The translations under genes were made by a program, and so were the position numbers. Below the pieces are notes generated by a model. It had not been told where the DNA came from. It worked only from the letters and a program-made list of their open reading frames with translations, and searched no databases. From NCBI GenBank assembly GCA_035535055.1, contig DATLQT010000108.1, positions 6,831 through 70,830 on the forward strand: a stretch of 64,000 bases of DNA, written 5' to 3'. Below are positions 49,853-59,463 of this stretch, piece after piece; the first letter of the stretch is position 1; every line of letters begins with the position of its first letter. The DNA is from Candidatus Dormiibacterota bacterium. Lineage in GTDB: Bacteria; Chloroflexota; Dormibacteria; Dormibacterales; Dormibacteraceae.

Positions 49853-52696
49853 TCAGCCTTTGCCCTGGCCGCCCTCGAGGAGCTCGAGTACGACCGACTT
49901 GTCCCCGCCGCCGGTGGACTTGCGGACTCCGCCGCCCCGCAGGTGCCCTCCGCTCCCGAGGATCGCCATCACGGCCTCGCTGTCGATCGACCGGGAGTAG
50001 AAGTAACCCTGCCCGCGGCAGCCGAGCGGCTCCAGGATCCGCGCCTGCTGGCGGGTCTCGATGCCCTCGGCCACGATCTCGACGCCGAGACTGTGGCCGA
50101 GGCCGACGATCGCCCTCAGCAGAGCCGAGCTCTTGGCGCCCCGGCTGGAGGCTTTGACGAAGGCCTTGTCGATCTTGATGACGTCGATCGGGAAGCGGGC
50201 CAGGTAGCTGAGGGAGGAGTAGCCGGTGCCGAAGTCGTCGATGGCGACCTTGACCCCGGCGCTGCGCAGGCGCTGGAGCACCGCGGCGACATCCTCTCCC
50301 TCGCGGATGACCGCGCTCTCGGTCACCTCCATCGTCAGCCGTTCGGATGAGAACCCGGTCCGCTTCAGGACCTGCCGGATCTCGTTCACGATATTGCGGC
50401 GCTGCGCCTGCCGCATCGAGAGGTTGACGCCAAGGCGGAGCCGGCGGTCGGGGAAGGCGCCGTCCCACTCCACGACCTCCCGGCAGGCCGTCTCCAGGAC
50501 CCAGGACCCGATGCCGGCGATCATGCCGGTCTCCTCGGCCAGGGGGATGAACCGGTCGGGGCCGACCAGGCCCTTGGTCGGGTGCCGCCAGCGGACCAGG
50601 GCTTCTACTCCGTAGACCTCCTCGGTGTCGATCTGGACGATCGGCTGGTACTCGACGAAGAGCTCGTTGCGGGCGATCGCCTGGCGGAGGTCGTTCTCCA
50701 TCTCCAGCCGCTCGATCGCCGCCGCGTGCATGCTGATCTCGAAGACCTCGTAGGTGCGCTTGCCGCGACCCTTGGCGCGGTACATCGCCACGTCGGCGTT
50801 GCGCAAGAACTCCTCCGGGTCCTGGGCGCGCGCGGTCGAGATCGCGATGCCGATGCTGAAGGCCGCGATCATCTCGATGGTTCCCACCTGGAGGGGAAGC
50901 CGGAAGGCGCCCAGGATCCGCTCGGCGATGGTTATCGGGTAGGCGTCGTCGGGGATCGTGTCGAGCAGGATCGCGAACTCGTCGCCGCCGAATCGCGCGA
51001 CCGTGTCGCTCGGGCCGACGCACTCCTGCAGCCGCCCGGCGACCGCCAGCAGGAGCGAGTCCCCGGCCGCGTGGCCAAGGGAGTCGTTGACGTGCTTGAA
51101 GTCGTCGAGGTCGAGGAAGAGAACCGCCAGGCTGCCCCTGTCGCTGCGGTGCCGGGCGAGGCTTGCCGCGACCCGCTCTTTGAACAGGGTGCGATTGGAG
51201 AGGCCCGAAAGGGGGTCGTGATGGGCCTGGTGACGCAGCTTGTCCTCGAGGTCCTTGCGCTCGGTGACGTCACGGGTGTTGAGCACCACCGCTCGGACGT
51301 GGGGGTCGGCGAGCTGGTTGCTGAGGATCGTCTCCATGTAGCGGTAGGTGCCGTCGGCGTGCCGCCAGCGGGTTCCCAGCAGCTCCTGGCCGTAGTCCGT
51401 TCGAAGCAGTTCCTGGAAGGTCGTGTTGGCGGTGTTGAGGTCGTCAGGGTGGACCAGCCGCCAGAGCGTGCCGTTGAGCAACTTGCCGGTCTCGTAGCCC
51501 AGCAGCTTTTCGACCGCCGGGCTCACGTAGGAGATGCGGCCCTGCTCGTCGAGCAGGGTGATGACGTCGGAGGAGTTCTGGACCAGGGAACGGAAGCGCG
51601 CCTCGCTCGACTTAAGGCTGTCCGTCGACCGGCGAAGGTCCTCGGCGAGGTTGACGCGCTCGAGTGCCAGCGCGACGCTCGAACCGAGCCGGGACAGGCC
51701 GTCGCCGACGCCGACCGGTAGCTGCTCGGTGCCCGCGACCGAGATCACCCCGCGGAGCTTGCCCTCGATGGTGAGCGGCACGCCGGTCGCCCAACCCGTG
51801 AAGGGCGACGCGAGCCCCTCGTCGCCACGTCCGGCGAGCAGCGTCTCGTCGATCACCTTGGCGCTCACCGGGCGCATCTCCGCGACCGCCTCCTGGAGGT
51901 GTTCGGGCAGCGTCGCGACCTTTACTTCGGGGACGTCGACCAGGCGCGGTGGAGGACCGGCCGCGACCTGCCGCTGGGTCCGCAGGGTGCCGACGGCGAG
52001 CGCGGCTCGCCCGCCCTTGACCTGCTCGATGAGCCCCATGGCTCCGCGGATGCCGGCGTCGTAGACGGCCTCCGGGTTCTCAGCGGCGACCAGGTCGTCG
52101 GCCGACTCGGTGAGCACGCGCTCCCGGCGCAGCGCCTCGGTGTAATCGATCAGGGTGCGCTTCACCTGGTGGATGAGCCAGGCGCCCGCCGCGAAGCCGG
52201 GGATGTTGACCAGCACCTGGGCGGCCAGGGCGGGCTGCGAAACCGAGAAGGAGGTGACCGCGACCGAGCCCACCAGCGAGCTGAGGAAAAGCGTGGTGAT
52301 GGTCACCACGCCCCAGCCGCTCCCGAAGAGGCAGCGGAAGAGCAGGACGCCATAGAAGAGCAGGTAGAGGCGGACGAGGTCGGTGACCTGAAGGCCGACA
52401 CCGACGAGCGCGAGCGCCGCGATCAGGTCCATCCAAAGCGGCAGCTTTCGCTTCAGGTACCCCCAGACCGCGTAAAAGACCAGGTAGGTGAGGGAGTAGG
52501 ACGCGATCAGCTGGGTGAGGTCCTGCTTGTGCGTCCGCAGGAGGATGAAGGCACCGAACGCGGCGTTGAAGACCAGGAAGGCCATGAAGAGGAAGCGGAC
52601 CCGGTCGAGGATCGTGTTGCGTGGGCCCATGGCCCTGCCGGTTGCGCTCGACAGCCGGTCGAGCCAGTCGCGACCGCCGGCGAGGATTGAGTTCAA
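49853..52696 (-). CDS. Membrane-bound GAF-PAS-GGDEF-EAL c-di-GMP signalling protein
   Basis: 947 aa with ~6 N-terminal TM segments, a GAF-like region, PAS (FRSLVQNSSDVITLLDEQGRISYVSP), GGDEF (RFGGDEFAILL) and EAL (VEALVRW, DDFGTGYSSL, EGIET). Confidence 0.9.
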   Translation of the reverse strand: MNSILAGGRDWLDRLSSATGRAMGPRNTILDRVRFLFMAFLVFNAAFGAFILLRTHKQDLTQLIASYSLTYLVFYAVWGYLKRKLPLWMDLIAALALVGVGLQVTDLVRLYLLFYGVLLFRCLFGSGWGVVTITTLFLSSLVGSVAVTSFSVSQPALAAQVLVNIPGFAAGAWLIHQVKRTLIDYTEALRRERVLTESADDLVAAENPEAVYDAGIRGAMGLIEQVKGGRAALAVGTLRTQRQVAAGPPPRLVDVPEVKVATLPEHLQEAVAEMRPVSAKVIDETLLAGRGDEGLASPFTGWATGVPLTIEGKLRGVISVAGTEQLPVGVGDGLSRLGSSVALALERVNLAEDLRRSTDSLKSSEARFRSLVQNSSDVITLLDEQGRISYVSPAVEKLLGYETGKLLNGTLWRLVHPDDLNTANTTFQELLRTDYGQELLGTRWRHADGTYRYMETILSNQLADPHVRAVVLNTRDVTERKDLEDKLRHQAHHDPLSGLSNRTLFKERVAASLARHRSDRGSLAVLFLDLDDFKHVNDSLGHAAGDSLLLAVAGRLQECVGPSDTVARFGGDEFAILLDTIPDDAYPITIAERILGAFRLPLQVGTIEMIAAFSIGIAISTARAQDPEEFLRNADVAMYRAKGRGKRTYEVFEISMHAAAIERLEMENDLRQAIARNELFVEYQPIVQIDTEEVYGVEALVRWRHPTKGLVGPDRFIPLAEETGMIAGIGSWVLETACREVVEWDGAFPDRRLRLGVNLSMRQAQRRNIVNEIRQVLKRTGFSSERLTMEVTESAVIREGEDVAAVLQRLRSAGVKVAIDDFGTGYSSLSYLARFPIDVIKIDKAFVKASSRGAKSSALLRAIVGLGHSLGVEIVAEGIETRQQARILEPLGCRGQGYFYSRSIDSEAVMAILGSGGHLRGGGVRKSTGGGDKSVVLELLEGGQGKG

Positions 52697-52755
52697 GGTC
52701 TGTGGGTCGGCTCCTTAAAGGGTATAACCGCTCGCAAGATCCGGCCCGGGGAAGC

Positions 52756-53892
52756 TTACCAGCGGTCGGCTCGGAAGAGTCCGATCTGGTGCCGGGTCGA
52801 GCCCTCGGTCGCCAGGTCGGCGAGGATCTCCCCGACGATGCTGCAGAACTTGAACCCGTGGCCGCTGAAGCCCGCGCCCAGGACAACCCTCGGCTCGCCG
52901 GGCGCGAGGTCGATCAGGAAGTTCTCGTCGGGCGTGTTGGTGAACATGCAGACCTTCATCGCCTGGGCTGGCCCCGAGCCGTCGGGCAGGTAGCGGCGCG
53001 CGAAGGAGCGAAGCACCTCCTCGTCCTCGCGACCGGCGCCGTCTCGGTCGAGCAGGTCGGGATCGGCCGGCTCCAGCCGGTGGTGCATGCGGCCGAGCTT
53101 GAGCCCGGGAGGCCCTCCCGCGAAAAGGGGAAAGCCGTAGTACATGCCCTCGGGCACCTCCATGATGAAGACGGGGAACGCCTCCGGCTGGAAGAGGTCG
53201 GGCCGGCTCACCCCGAGCCAGGCCAGCACCTGCCGCTCTGGTTCGAGCCGCGGCGCCAGCGCGGGGAAGAGCCTGCCGTTCCAGGCGCCGGCCGTGAGGA
53301 TCAGCCTCTCGGCCTCGTGGTCGCCTCGGTCGGTGTGGACGCGAACGCGGTCGCCGTCGACCTCCCAGCCGAGCACGGTTTCACCCTCACGGAGATCCGC
53401 GCCGGCGGCGCGAGCGCCGGCGGCGTGGGCCAGGATGCACTTTTCCGGAACCAGGAAGCCGCCCTCCGACTCGAAGATCGCACCCGTCCCGGGTGGCATC
53501 CGGAAGGCGGGGAAGCGCTCTCTCAGCTCGGCCGGACCGAGCACCTGGTGCTGGAGGTGGTGCTCGGCGCACGAGCGCAGGCAGCCGTCGTAGACGGCGG
53601 TGCCGGGGGCACCCACGTGGAGGCACCCGGTTATGTGCAGGATCTGCTCGCCGTACTCGCCTTCCAGCTCGCGCCAGAGCTCGTATGCGCGGCGGAGCAG
53701 GGGCACGTAGGACGGGTCCTCGAAGTAGGCGAGCCGGATGATCCGGCTGACGCCGTGCGAACTCCCCATCTCGTTGGGGATGGTGAATCGCTCGAGGCCG
53801 AGCACCCGCCGTCCGCGGCGGGCGAGGTGGTAGGCGGCGGCGCTGCCCATGCCGCCGACCCCGACCACTATCGCGTCGTAGTGCCCCGCCAT
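52756..53892 (-). CDS. FAD-dependent sarcosine/N-methyltryptophan oxidase-like (MSOX/SolA family)
   Basis: 378 aa with the dinucleotide fold YDAIVVGVGGMGSAAA and the C-terminal GFSGHGFKF. Confidence 0.85.
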   Translation of the reverse strand: MAGHYDAIVVGVGGMGSAAAYHLARRGRRVLGLERFTIPNEMGSSHGVSRIIRLAYFEDPSYVPLLRRAYELWRELEGEYGEQILHITGCLHVGAPGTAVYDGCLRSCAEHHLQHQVLGPAELRERFPAFRMPPGTGAIFESEGGFLVPEKCILAHAAGARAAGADLREGETVLGWEVDGDRVRVHTDRGDHEAERLILTAGAWNGRLFPALAPRLEPERQVLAWLGVSRPDLFQPEAFPVFIMEVPEGMYYGFPLFAGGPPGLKLGRMHHRLEPADPDLLDRDGAGREDEEVLRSFARRYLPDGSGPAQAMKVCMFTNTPDENFLIDLAPGEPRVVLGAGFSGHGFKFCSIVGEILADLATEGSTRHQIGLFRADRW

Positions 53893-53905
53893 ACGAGGCG
53901 AAAGA

Positions 53906-54298
53906 CTAGTTCGTGGAGGTGGCCAGCACCTCCTCCTCGATGTCGAACAGCGTCCGCTTGCCGGGACAGGGGATGGGCCCCAGGGGGCGGGCGTCCTCCA
54001 GGATCCAGGCCCAGAGCTTTCCGCTCAGGGGCGGCAGCGCTGCCTTCTTCCAGTCCTCCCTGCGGACTGGACGGCAGTCGACCAGCTCGGCGATCCCGAC
54101 CACGGCGCTGAGGCCGTCGGGATCGGGAGGCGGCCGCCTGAGACGGGCGGCCGCCTCTCGCTCGGAGATGCCGAACCCGCCCGAGGCGTGGAGCAGCAGA
54201 GGGCCGCGATAGCGGGTCGCCCAGGTGCGGATCTCGACCGTCTTGGTACCGGCGAGGATGAGGTCGACCCAGGGGTGGCGGATGGAGAGCGCTTTCAT
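53906..54298 (-). CDS. ASCH domain protein
   Basis: 130 aa from MKALSIRHPW (ATG 54298). Pattern SIRHPWVDLILAGTKTVEIRTW...GPLLLHAS. Confidence 0.7.
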   Translation of the reverse strand: MKALSIRHPWVDLILAGTKTVEIRTWATRYRGPLLLHASGGFGISEREAAARLRRPPPDPDGLSAVVGIAELVDCRPVRREDWKKAALPPLSGKLWAWILEDARPLGPIPCPGKRTLFDIEEEVLATSTN

Positions 54299-54530
54299 GA
54301 TCGCGACCCTAAGGGAGGCCTGGCCGCCGCTCCAACCAGCCCCGTTAAGCGCTCCGCGGACCGCCGCCGAACGCCGACCTCCCAGTCGAGAGCTCCACGG
54401 CCGCACCCTCCCGGGGGCTGACTTTGGAGTTTCCCCGGTGCCCCCAAGCTGCGGGAAGAGGTCCGGTCAAGGTTAAGTCAAGACGAACCTTCCCCGGGAG
54501 AAGTCCCTCTTCGGGGGCCTGCGGGGCGAG

Positions 54531-56048
54531 CTAGACCGGCGGGATCCCGTGCTTGCGTTTGATCCGCGGCTCGGTTCGCGAGGCGTAGAGGCGGAAGCGC
54601 CGGATCAGCTCCTCGCGGAGGTCTTCGGGCTCGACGACCGCGTCCACGACCAGGTTGGCCGCCAGCTTGTAGAGGTCCACATCCTCGAGGTACTCCGCCT
54701 CCAGCTCGCGGCGGCGCTCGGCGCGCTGGTCCTCGGGTAGCTCGTTGAGCTTGTTGTAGAAGACCGCGTTCACCGCCGGTGCCGGCCCCATCACGGCGAT
54801 CTGCGCCGAGGGCAGCGCGATCGTGCAGTCGCTGTCGTAGGCAGGGCCGGCCATCGCGTAGAGCCCGGCCCCGTACGCCTTGCGGACGATGACCGAGATC
54901 TTCGGCACCGTCGCCTCGGAGACCGCGCTGATCATCTTGGCGCCGTGGCGGATGATGCCCTGGCGCTCGACGTCGGTTCCGATCATGAAGCCGGGGACGT
55001 CGGCCAAAAAGAGCAGGGGCACGTTGAAGGCGTCGCAGATCCAGATGAAGCGCGCCGCCTTGTCGGCGCTGTCCACGAAGAGGACGCCGCCCTTTTGCAT
55101 GGGCTGGTTGGCGAGGATGCCCACCACCTCGCCGCCGAGCCGGGCGAAGCCGGTCAGCAACTCCTTGGCGAAGAGCTTCTTCAACTCCAGCCACGACCCC
55201 TCGTCGACCAGCGCCTCGATCACCTTTCGCATGTCGTAGCCGCGCTGGGGCTCCTCGGGGATCAGCTCGGCGAGGGCCTTGCTCGCCGCGGCTGGCCGCG
55301 GCTCGGCGGCGGGGGCGCGCTGGGTCCAGTTCCCCGGCAGGTAGTCGAGGTATCGCTGTCCGACCGCGATCGCCTCCGCGTCGTCGGCGACCAGGAAGTC
55401 CCCGCAGCCGCTGACCGTGCAGTGCATCCGGGCGCCGCCGAGCTCTTCGAGTGTGACCTTCTCGCCGACCACCACCTCCACCATCCGCGGCGAGCCTAGG
55501 TACATGGAGGCGTTCCCCTCGACCATCACCACCACGTCGCAGAAGGCCGGGATGTAGGCGCCGCCGGCCGCTGAGGGGCCGAACAAAAGGCAGATCTGCG
55601 GCACCCGGCCGGAGAGCCGCACCTCGTTGAAGAAGATCCGCCCGGCATGCCGGCGGCCGGGGAACATGTCGATCTGGTCGGTGATCCGTGCCCCGGCGCT
55701 GTCGACCAGGTAGAAGAGCGGTACCTGGAGCCGGGAGGCGGACTCCTGGATGCGGATGATCTTTTCGACCGTGCGAGCCCCCCAGGAGCCGGCCTTGACC
55801 GTCGGGTCATTGGCCATCACCGCCACCGGCCGCCCCCCCACCGTGCCGAGGCCGGTAACGACGCCGTCCGCTGGGAGGTCGTCCGCGAGCACGTTGGCGA
55901 AGAGGCCGTCCTCGGCGAAGGAGCCGGCGTCGAGCAGGAGGTCGAGCCGCTCGCGGACCGTCAGCTTGTTCTGCTCGCGCAGCTTCGGCAGGTAGCGGGT
56001 GCCGCCGGCCAGGGCTTTGTCGCGGAGCTTGCGGGAGCGCTCGGTCAT
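54531..56048 (-). CDS. Acyl-CoA carboxylase carboxyltransferase (beta) subunit, methylcrotonyl/propionyl-CoA type
   Basis: 505 aa with the two-lobe carboxyl_trans pattern (GRPVAVMANDPTVKAGSWG ... PLLFLADVPGFMIG). ATGA overlap with the HMG-CoA lyase gene. Confidence 0.9.
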   Translation of the reverse strand: MTERSRKLRDKALAGGTRYLPKLREQNKLTVRERLDLLLDAGSFAEDGLFANVLADDLPADGVVTGLGTVGGRPVAVMANDPTVKAGSWGARTVEKIIRIQESASRLQVPLFYLVDSAGARITDQIDMFPGRRHAGRIFFNEVRLSGRVPQICLLFGPSAAGGAYIPAFCDVVVMVEGNASMYLGSPRMVEVVVGEKVTLEELGGARMHCTVSGCGDFLVADDAEAIAVGQRYLDYLPGNWTQRAPAAEPRPAAASKALAELIPEEPQRGYDMRKVIEALVDEGSWLELKKLFAKELLTGFARLGGEVVGILANQPMQKGGVLFVDSADKAARFIWICDAFNVPLLFLADVPGFMIGTDVERQGIIRHGAKMISAVSEATVPKISVIVRKAYGAGLYAMAGPAYDSDCTIALPSAQIAVMGPAPAVNAVFYNKLNELPEDQRAERRRELEAEYLEDVDLYKLAANLVVDAVVEPEDLREELIRRFRLYASRTEPRIKRKHGIPPV

Positions 56049-56971
56049 TGCGCGGGGGCTGCTCCCCCGACCGCCACCCAGGGCTCCAGACCGGCCTTGT
56101 AGAGCTTGCCCGGGAGCGGCTTGCCGAGGGTCTGTGCCAGTCCGTCGGCGATCTCGATGAGCGCCGGTATCGAGGCTCCGCTCGGCTGGCCGGTCAGCTC
56201 CAGCAGGTGGAGGAGATCCTCGCTGCAGACGTTGCCCGTCGCCCGGGGTGCGAACGGGCAGCCGCCAATACCCCCGACCGAGCCCTCGAACTCCCGCACG
56301 CCGACCTCCAGCGCCGCCAGCGCATTGGCGACCCCGAGGCCGCGGGTGTCATGGAAGTGAGCCGCCACCCGGTCGGGGCCGAAGCGCCCCAGCGCCATCG
56401 CCATCAGCTCACGGACGCCGGTCGGGTGGGCGACTCCGATGGTGTCCGCGATCGACAGCCGCTCGCAGCCCGCGGCCTCGAGCCGCTCGGCGACCTCAAG
56501 GGCACGCCCGGCTGATACCGGCCCGTCATACGGGCAGCCCCAGGCGACGCTGAGGCTGCCCACCGTCGCCACCCGGTCGACTCGAGCTGCGGCGCAGACC
56601 CCGGTGATCTCCGCCAGCGTCTCGTCGATGCTGCGGTTGAGGTTCCTGCGGTTGAAGCCGTCGGTCGCTCCGACGTTGACCACCACCTCGCGGGCGCCCG
56701 CCTCGATGGCGCGCCGGTAGCCGCGCAGGTTTGGGACCAGGACCCGCAGCCGGGGCGCCAGGCCGGCGCCGAGTCGCCTCATCAGCTCTTCGGCGTCCGC
56801 CATCTGGGGAACCCACCGGGGGGAGACGAAGGAGGTCGCCTCGACGGTGGTGACGCCGGCCCCGAGGAGGTCGCGGACGAGCCGCTCCTTCACCTCGGTG
56901 GAGACGGGGTCGGGCCAGTTCTGGAACCCATCCCGGGGAGCGACCTCGATGAAACGGATCGGTTGAGCCAT
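56045..56971 (-). CDS. Hydroxymethylglutaryl-CoA lyase
   Basis: 308 aa with EVAPRDGFQN, HFHDTRG and the GGCPFAP signature. Confidence 0.9.
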   Translation of the reverse strand: MAQPIRFIEVAPRDGFQNWPDPVSTEVKERLVRDLLGAGVTTVEATSFVSPRWVPQMADAEELMRRLGAGLAPRLRVLVPNLRGYRRAIEAGAREVVVNVGATDGFNRRNLNRSIDETLAEITGVCAAARVDRVATVGSLSVAWGCPYDGPVSAGRALEVAERLEAAGCERLSIADTIGVAHPTGVRELMAMALGRFGPDRVAAHFHDTRGLGVANALAALEVGVREFEGSVGGIGGCPFAPRATGNVCSEDLLHLLELTGQPSGASIPALIEIADGLAQTLGKPLPGKLYKAGLEPWVAVGGAAPAQ

Positions 56972-56986
56972 GGCGAAGCCTTCCTT

Positions 56987-57784
56987 TCAGCGGCCCTTGA
57001 ACTCGGGCTCGCGCTTCTCGAAGAAGGCCCGGATCCCCTCCCGCGTGTCCTCGCTCAGGGTCACCAGGGTGAGCTGCGAGTGGAGGAAGGCGAGCGCATC
57101 GTCCAACGACATGTCCTCTGACCGGTAGAAGGCGTCGCGGCCCAGGCGCAGGATCGCCGGCGACTTCTTCGCGAGCGCGCGGGCCATCTCCGCCGTCAAC
57201 CGGTCGAGCTCGTCGAGGTCGGCCGCGACCCGGCTCACCAGGCCCGCCTCCCTCATCTGCTCGGCGCTCCAGCGGTCTCCCAGGAGCATCATCTCGAGCA
57301 CCACCTTGCGGGGGAGGTTGCGGACGAGGACGGCCGAGATCATCATCGGCCAGACCCCCACGTTGATCTCGGGGGTCCCGAACTGGGCCGACTCGACCGC
57401 CAGCAGCAGGTCGCAGGCGCAGGCGAGCCCGAAGCCGCCCGCCAGCGCGTGGCCGTTGATGCGTCCCAGGACCGGCTTGCCGAGGTCGCGCAGCGCCGTG
57501 AAGAGGAGCGCTATCCCACGCCTCTCGTGGTGGCGGTCGAGCTCCGAGGAGTCGGCGTCGAAGCTGGAGCCCAGGTCGGCGCCGGCGCAGAAGACGCGGT
57601 CGCCGGCGCCGGTCAGGACCAGCACTCGCGCCGCCGGCTCGTCGCGGGCCCAGGCCAGCGCGGCGAGCAGGTCGCGGACCATCGGACCGGAGAGCGGGTT
57701 GCGCTTCTCGGGCTGGTTGAGGGTGATCGTGGCCACGCCGGGTTCGAGCGCGACCAGCACCGCCTCCAGCTTGGGAACCGCCAC
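56987..57784 (-). CDS. Enoyl-CoA hydratase/isomerase (crotonase) family, probably methylglutaconyl-CoA hydratase
   Basis: 265 aa from GTG 57784 (alternative TTG 57814) with ATITLNQPEKRNPL...VLTGAGDRVFCAGADL. The long track ORF is GC shadow. Confidence 0.85.
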   Translation of the reverse strand: MAVPKLEAVLVALEPGVATITLNQPEKRNPLSGPMVRDLLAALAWARDEPAARVLVLTGAGDRVFCAGADLGSSFDADSSELDRHHERRGIALLFTALRDLGKPVLGRINGHALAGGFGLACACDLLLAVESAQFGTPEINVGVWPMMISAVLVRNLPRKVVLEMMLLGDRWSAEQMREAGLVSRVAADLDELDRLTAEMARALAKKSPAILRLGRDAFYRSEDMSLDDALAFLHSQLTLVTLSEDTREGIRAFFEKREPEFKGR

Positions 57785-57814
57785 TTCGTGACCTATTAGA
57801 TCAGCATTGACCAA

Positions 57815-58897
57815 GTGCGATCGACAAGCCGGGACCGGCCCTGGACGCGCCCCTCCCTGGACTGGCTGCTCATATTCGTACCGGTCTCGGTCGTGGCCGA
57901 ACTGTGGGGCCAGCCTGTCCTTCTCTTTATCGCCTCGGCGCTGGCCATCGTTCCGCTCGCCGGGCTGATCGGCCGCTCGACCGAGCAGCTCGCCATTCGA
58001 GCGGGCCCGCGAGTCGGGGGGCTGCTCAACGCGACCTTCGGCAACCTCACCGAGCTGATCGTCGCGGTCCTGCTGGTCGAGGCAGGTGACCTCGTCATCG
58101 TCAAGGCGTCGCTGATCGGATCGATCGTGGGCAACCTTCTCCTGGTGCTGGGGCTGGCCTTCGTCGCGGGAGGCCTCGGGCGCGATCAGCAGCGGTTCAG
58201 CGCCGGCGCCGCCGGCGTCCACTCCTCGTCGCTGGTTCTGGCGGTGGCCGGGCTGCTGGTGCCTGCCCTGCTGGTCCTCACCACCCCGACCCTCAGCTTC
58301 TCGGGCAGGGAGGTCGTCAGCGCCGGGATCGCAGCGGTCCTGATCCTGGTCTACCTTGCCGCCGTCGCCTTCACCCAACTGACTCACGCTCATCTCTTCC
58401 GGGTCCCGGAAAGGGACGAGGTCGCCAGCTGGTCGCTTCCGCTCTCGGTGGCGGTCCTGGCCGGCTCGGCGCTCCTGGTCGGCGGCGAATCGGAGCTGTT
58501 GGTGACCTCCCTGCGCCCGGCCATCGGCAGCCTCGGGGTGCCGCCGATGTTCGTGGGCCTGATCCTGATCCCGGTCATAGGCAACGCTGCCGAGCACGCG
58601 GCCGCGATCCGTTTCGCGATCCGCGACCGGCTGGACGTGACCCTCGAGATCGCAGTCGGCTCCTCGACCCAGGTCGCGATGTTCGTCGCACCTCTCCTGG
58701 TCTTCGTCAGCCTCGCCCTCGGCCGGCCGATGGACTTCGTGTTCACCGGCTTCGAGGTGGCGGTGGTCGCCCTCGCCACGCTGAGCGTGACCGTCGCCTC
58801 GCTCGACGGCCGCAGCAACTGGCTGGAAGGCGTCCAGCTGCTCGGGGCCTACCTGGTGATCGCCCTCGCCGCCTTCTTCCTCGGCCCCGGCGGCTGA
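57815..58897 (+). CDS. Ca2+/H+ antiporter (CaCA/CAX family)
   Basis: 360 aa with the two alpha-repeat motifs GNLTELIV and GNAAEHAAAI and ~11 TM segments. Confidence 0.9.
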   Translation: MRSTSRDRPWTRPSLDWLLIFVPVSVVAELWGQPVLLFIASALAIVPLAGLIGRSTEQLAIRAGPRVGGLLNATFGNLTELIVAVLLVEAGDLVIVKASLIGSIVGNLLLVLGLAFVAGGLGRDQQRFSAGAAGVHSSSLVLAVAGLLVPALLVLTTPTLSFSGREVVSAGIAAVLILVYLAAVAFTQLTHAHLFRVPERDEVASWSLPLSVAVLAGSALLVGGESELLVTSLRPAIGSLGVPPMFVGLILIPVIGNAAEHAAAIRFAIRDRLDVTLEIAVGSSTQVAMFVAPLLVFVSLALGRPMDFVFTGFEVAVVALATLSVTVASLDGRSNWLEGVQLLGAYLVIALAAFFLGPGG

Positions 58898-58899
58898 GG

Positions 58900-59463
58900 C
58901 TAGATGAGCCCCGTTCCGATCCCCAGTCCGACCAGTACCAGCACCGCGCCCCCCGCCTCCTCGCTGAACTCCCCGACCCGCGGGCCGAGCCGCGAGCCGA
59001 GCTCGAGGCCGAGCAGCGAAAGTCCGACGCTCACGCCCGCCATGGTCACGGCCGCCAGCGCGATCGCCACGTGATAGACGCCGAGCGCGAAGCCGACCAC
59101 CAGGTTGTCGAGCGATAGCGCGACCGCCAGCAGGACGAGGTGGCGCATGTCGAGCGTCGAGGTCCCGTGCGCATCATCGTCGAGGTGGCTGCTCCTCCTG
59201 GCCTGCCAAAAGGTATACGTCCCGGTCAGCACCAGGAGGATCGCGCCGAGGTACCTGCCCCAGTGGCCGATGGTGCCGGCAAGCGCCTGACCGACCAGGA
59301 GGCCGACGACCGGCATCAGTCCCTCGAAGAAGCCGAAGGCGATGCCCACGCGAAGGCGGGTCCGGCCGTCGACCCCCGACAGGCCGATGCCGATCGAGCC
59401 GGCGAAATTGCTGAGGCCGACCGAGACGCTCACCAGCAGCAGGCCGACGAGGTCGCCGTTCAG
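58900..59463 (-). CDS. mntP: MntP-type manganese efflux pump (DUF204 repeats)
   Basis: About 187 aa with two DUF204 repeats (GLSNFAGSIGIGL / ALSLDNLVVGFALG). No ATG/GTG/TTG is available at the expected N-terminus. The candidate start is CTG 59463, overlapping the upstream stop codon (CTGA). A GTG at 59433 would truncate TM1. Confidence 0.65.
   Translation of the reverse strand: MNGDLVGLLLVSVSVGLSNFAGSIGIGLSGVDGRTRLRVGIAFGFFEGLMPVVGLLVGQALAGTIGHWGRYLGAILLVLTGTYTFWQARRSSHLDDDAHGTSTLDMRHLVLLAVALSLDNLVVGFALGVYHVAIALAAVTMAGVSVGLSLLGLELGSRLGPRVGEFSEEAGGAVLVLVGLGIGTGLI

Noticed and set aside
54299-54530. The 230-bp GC-rich non-coding gap upstream of the ASCH gene as a riboswitch (ZTP/pfl-like) or sRNA.
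   Set aside because: It does not match the ZTP core (no GGGTCGTGACTGGCG or CCGCCTGGGCA-like halves). There are only weak, bulged hairpins and no small ORF with protein-like features.
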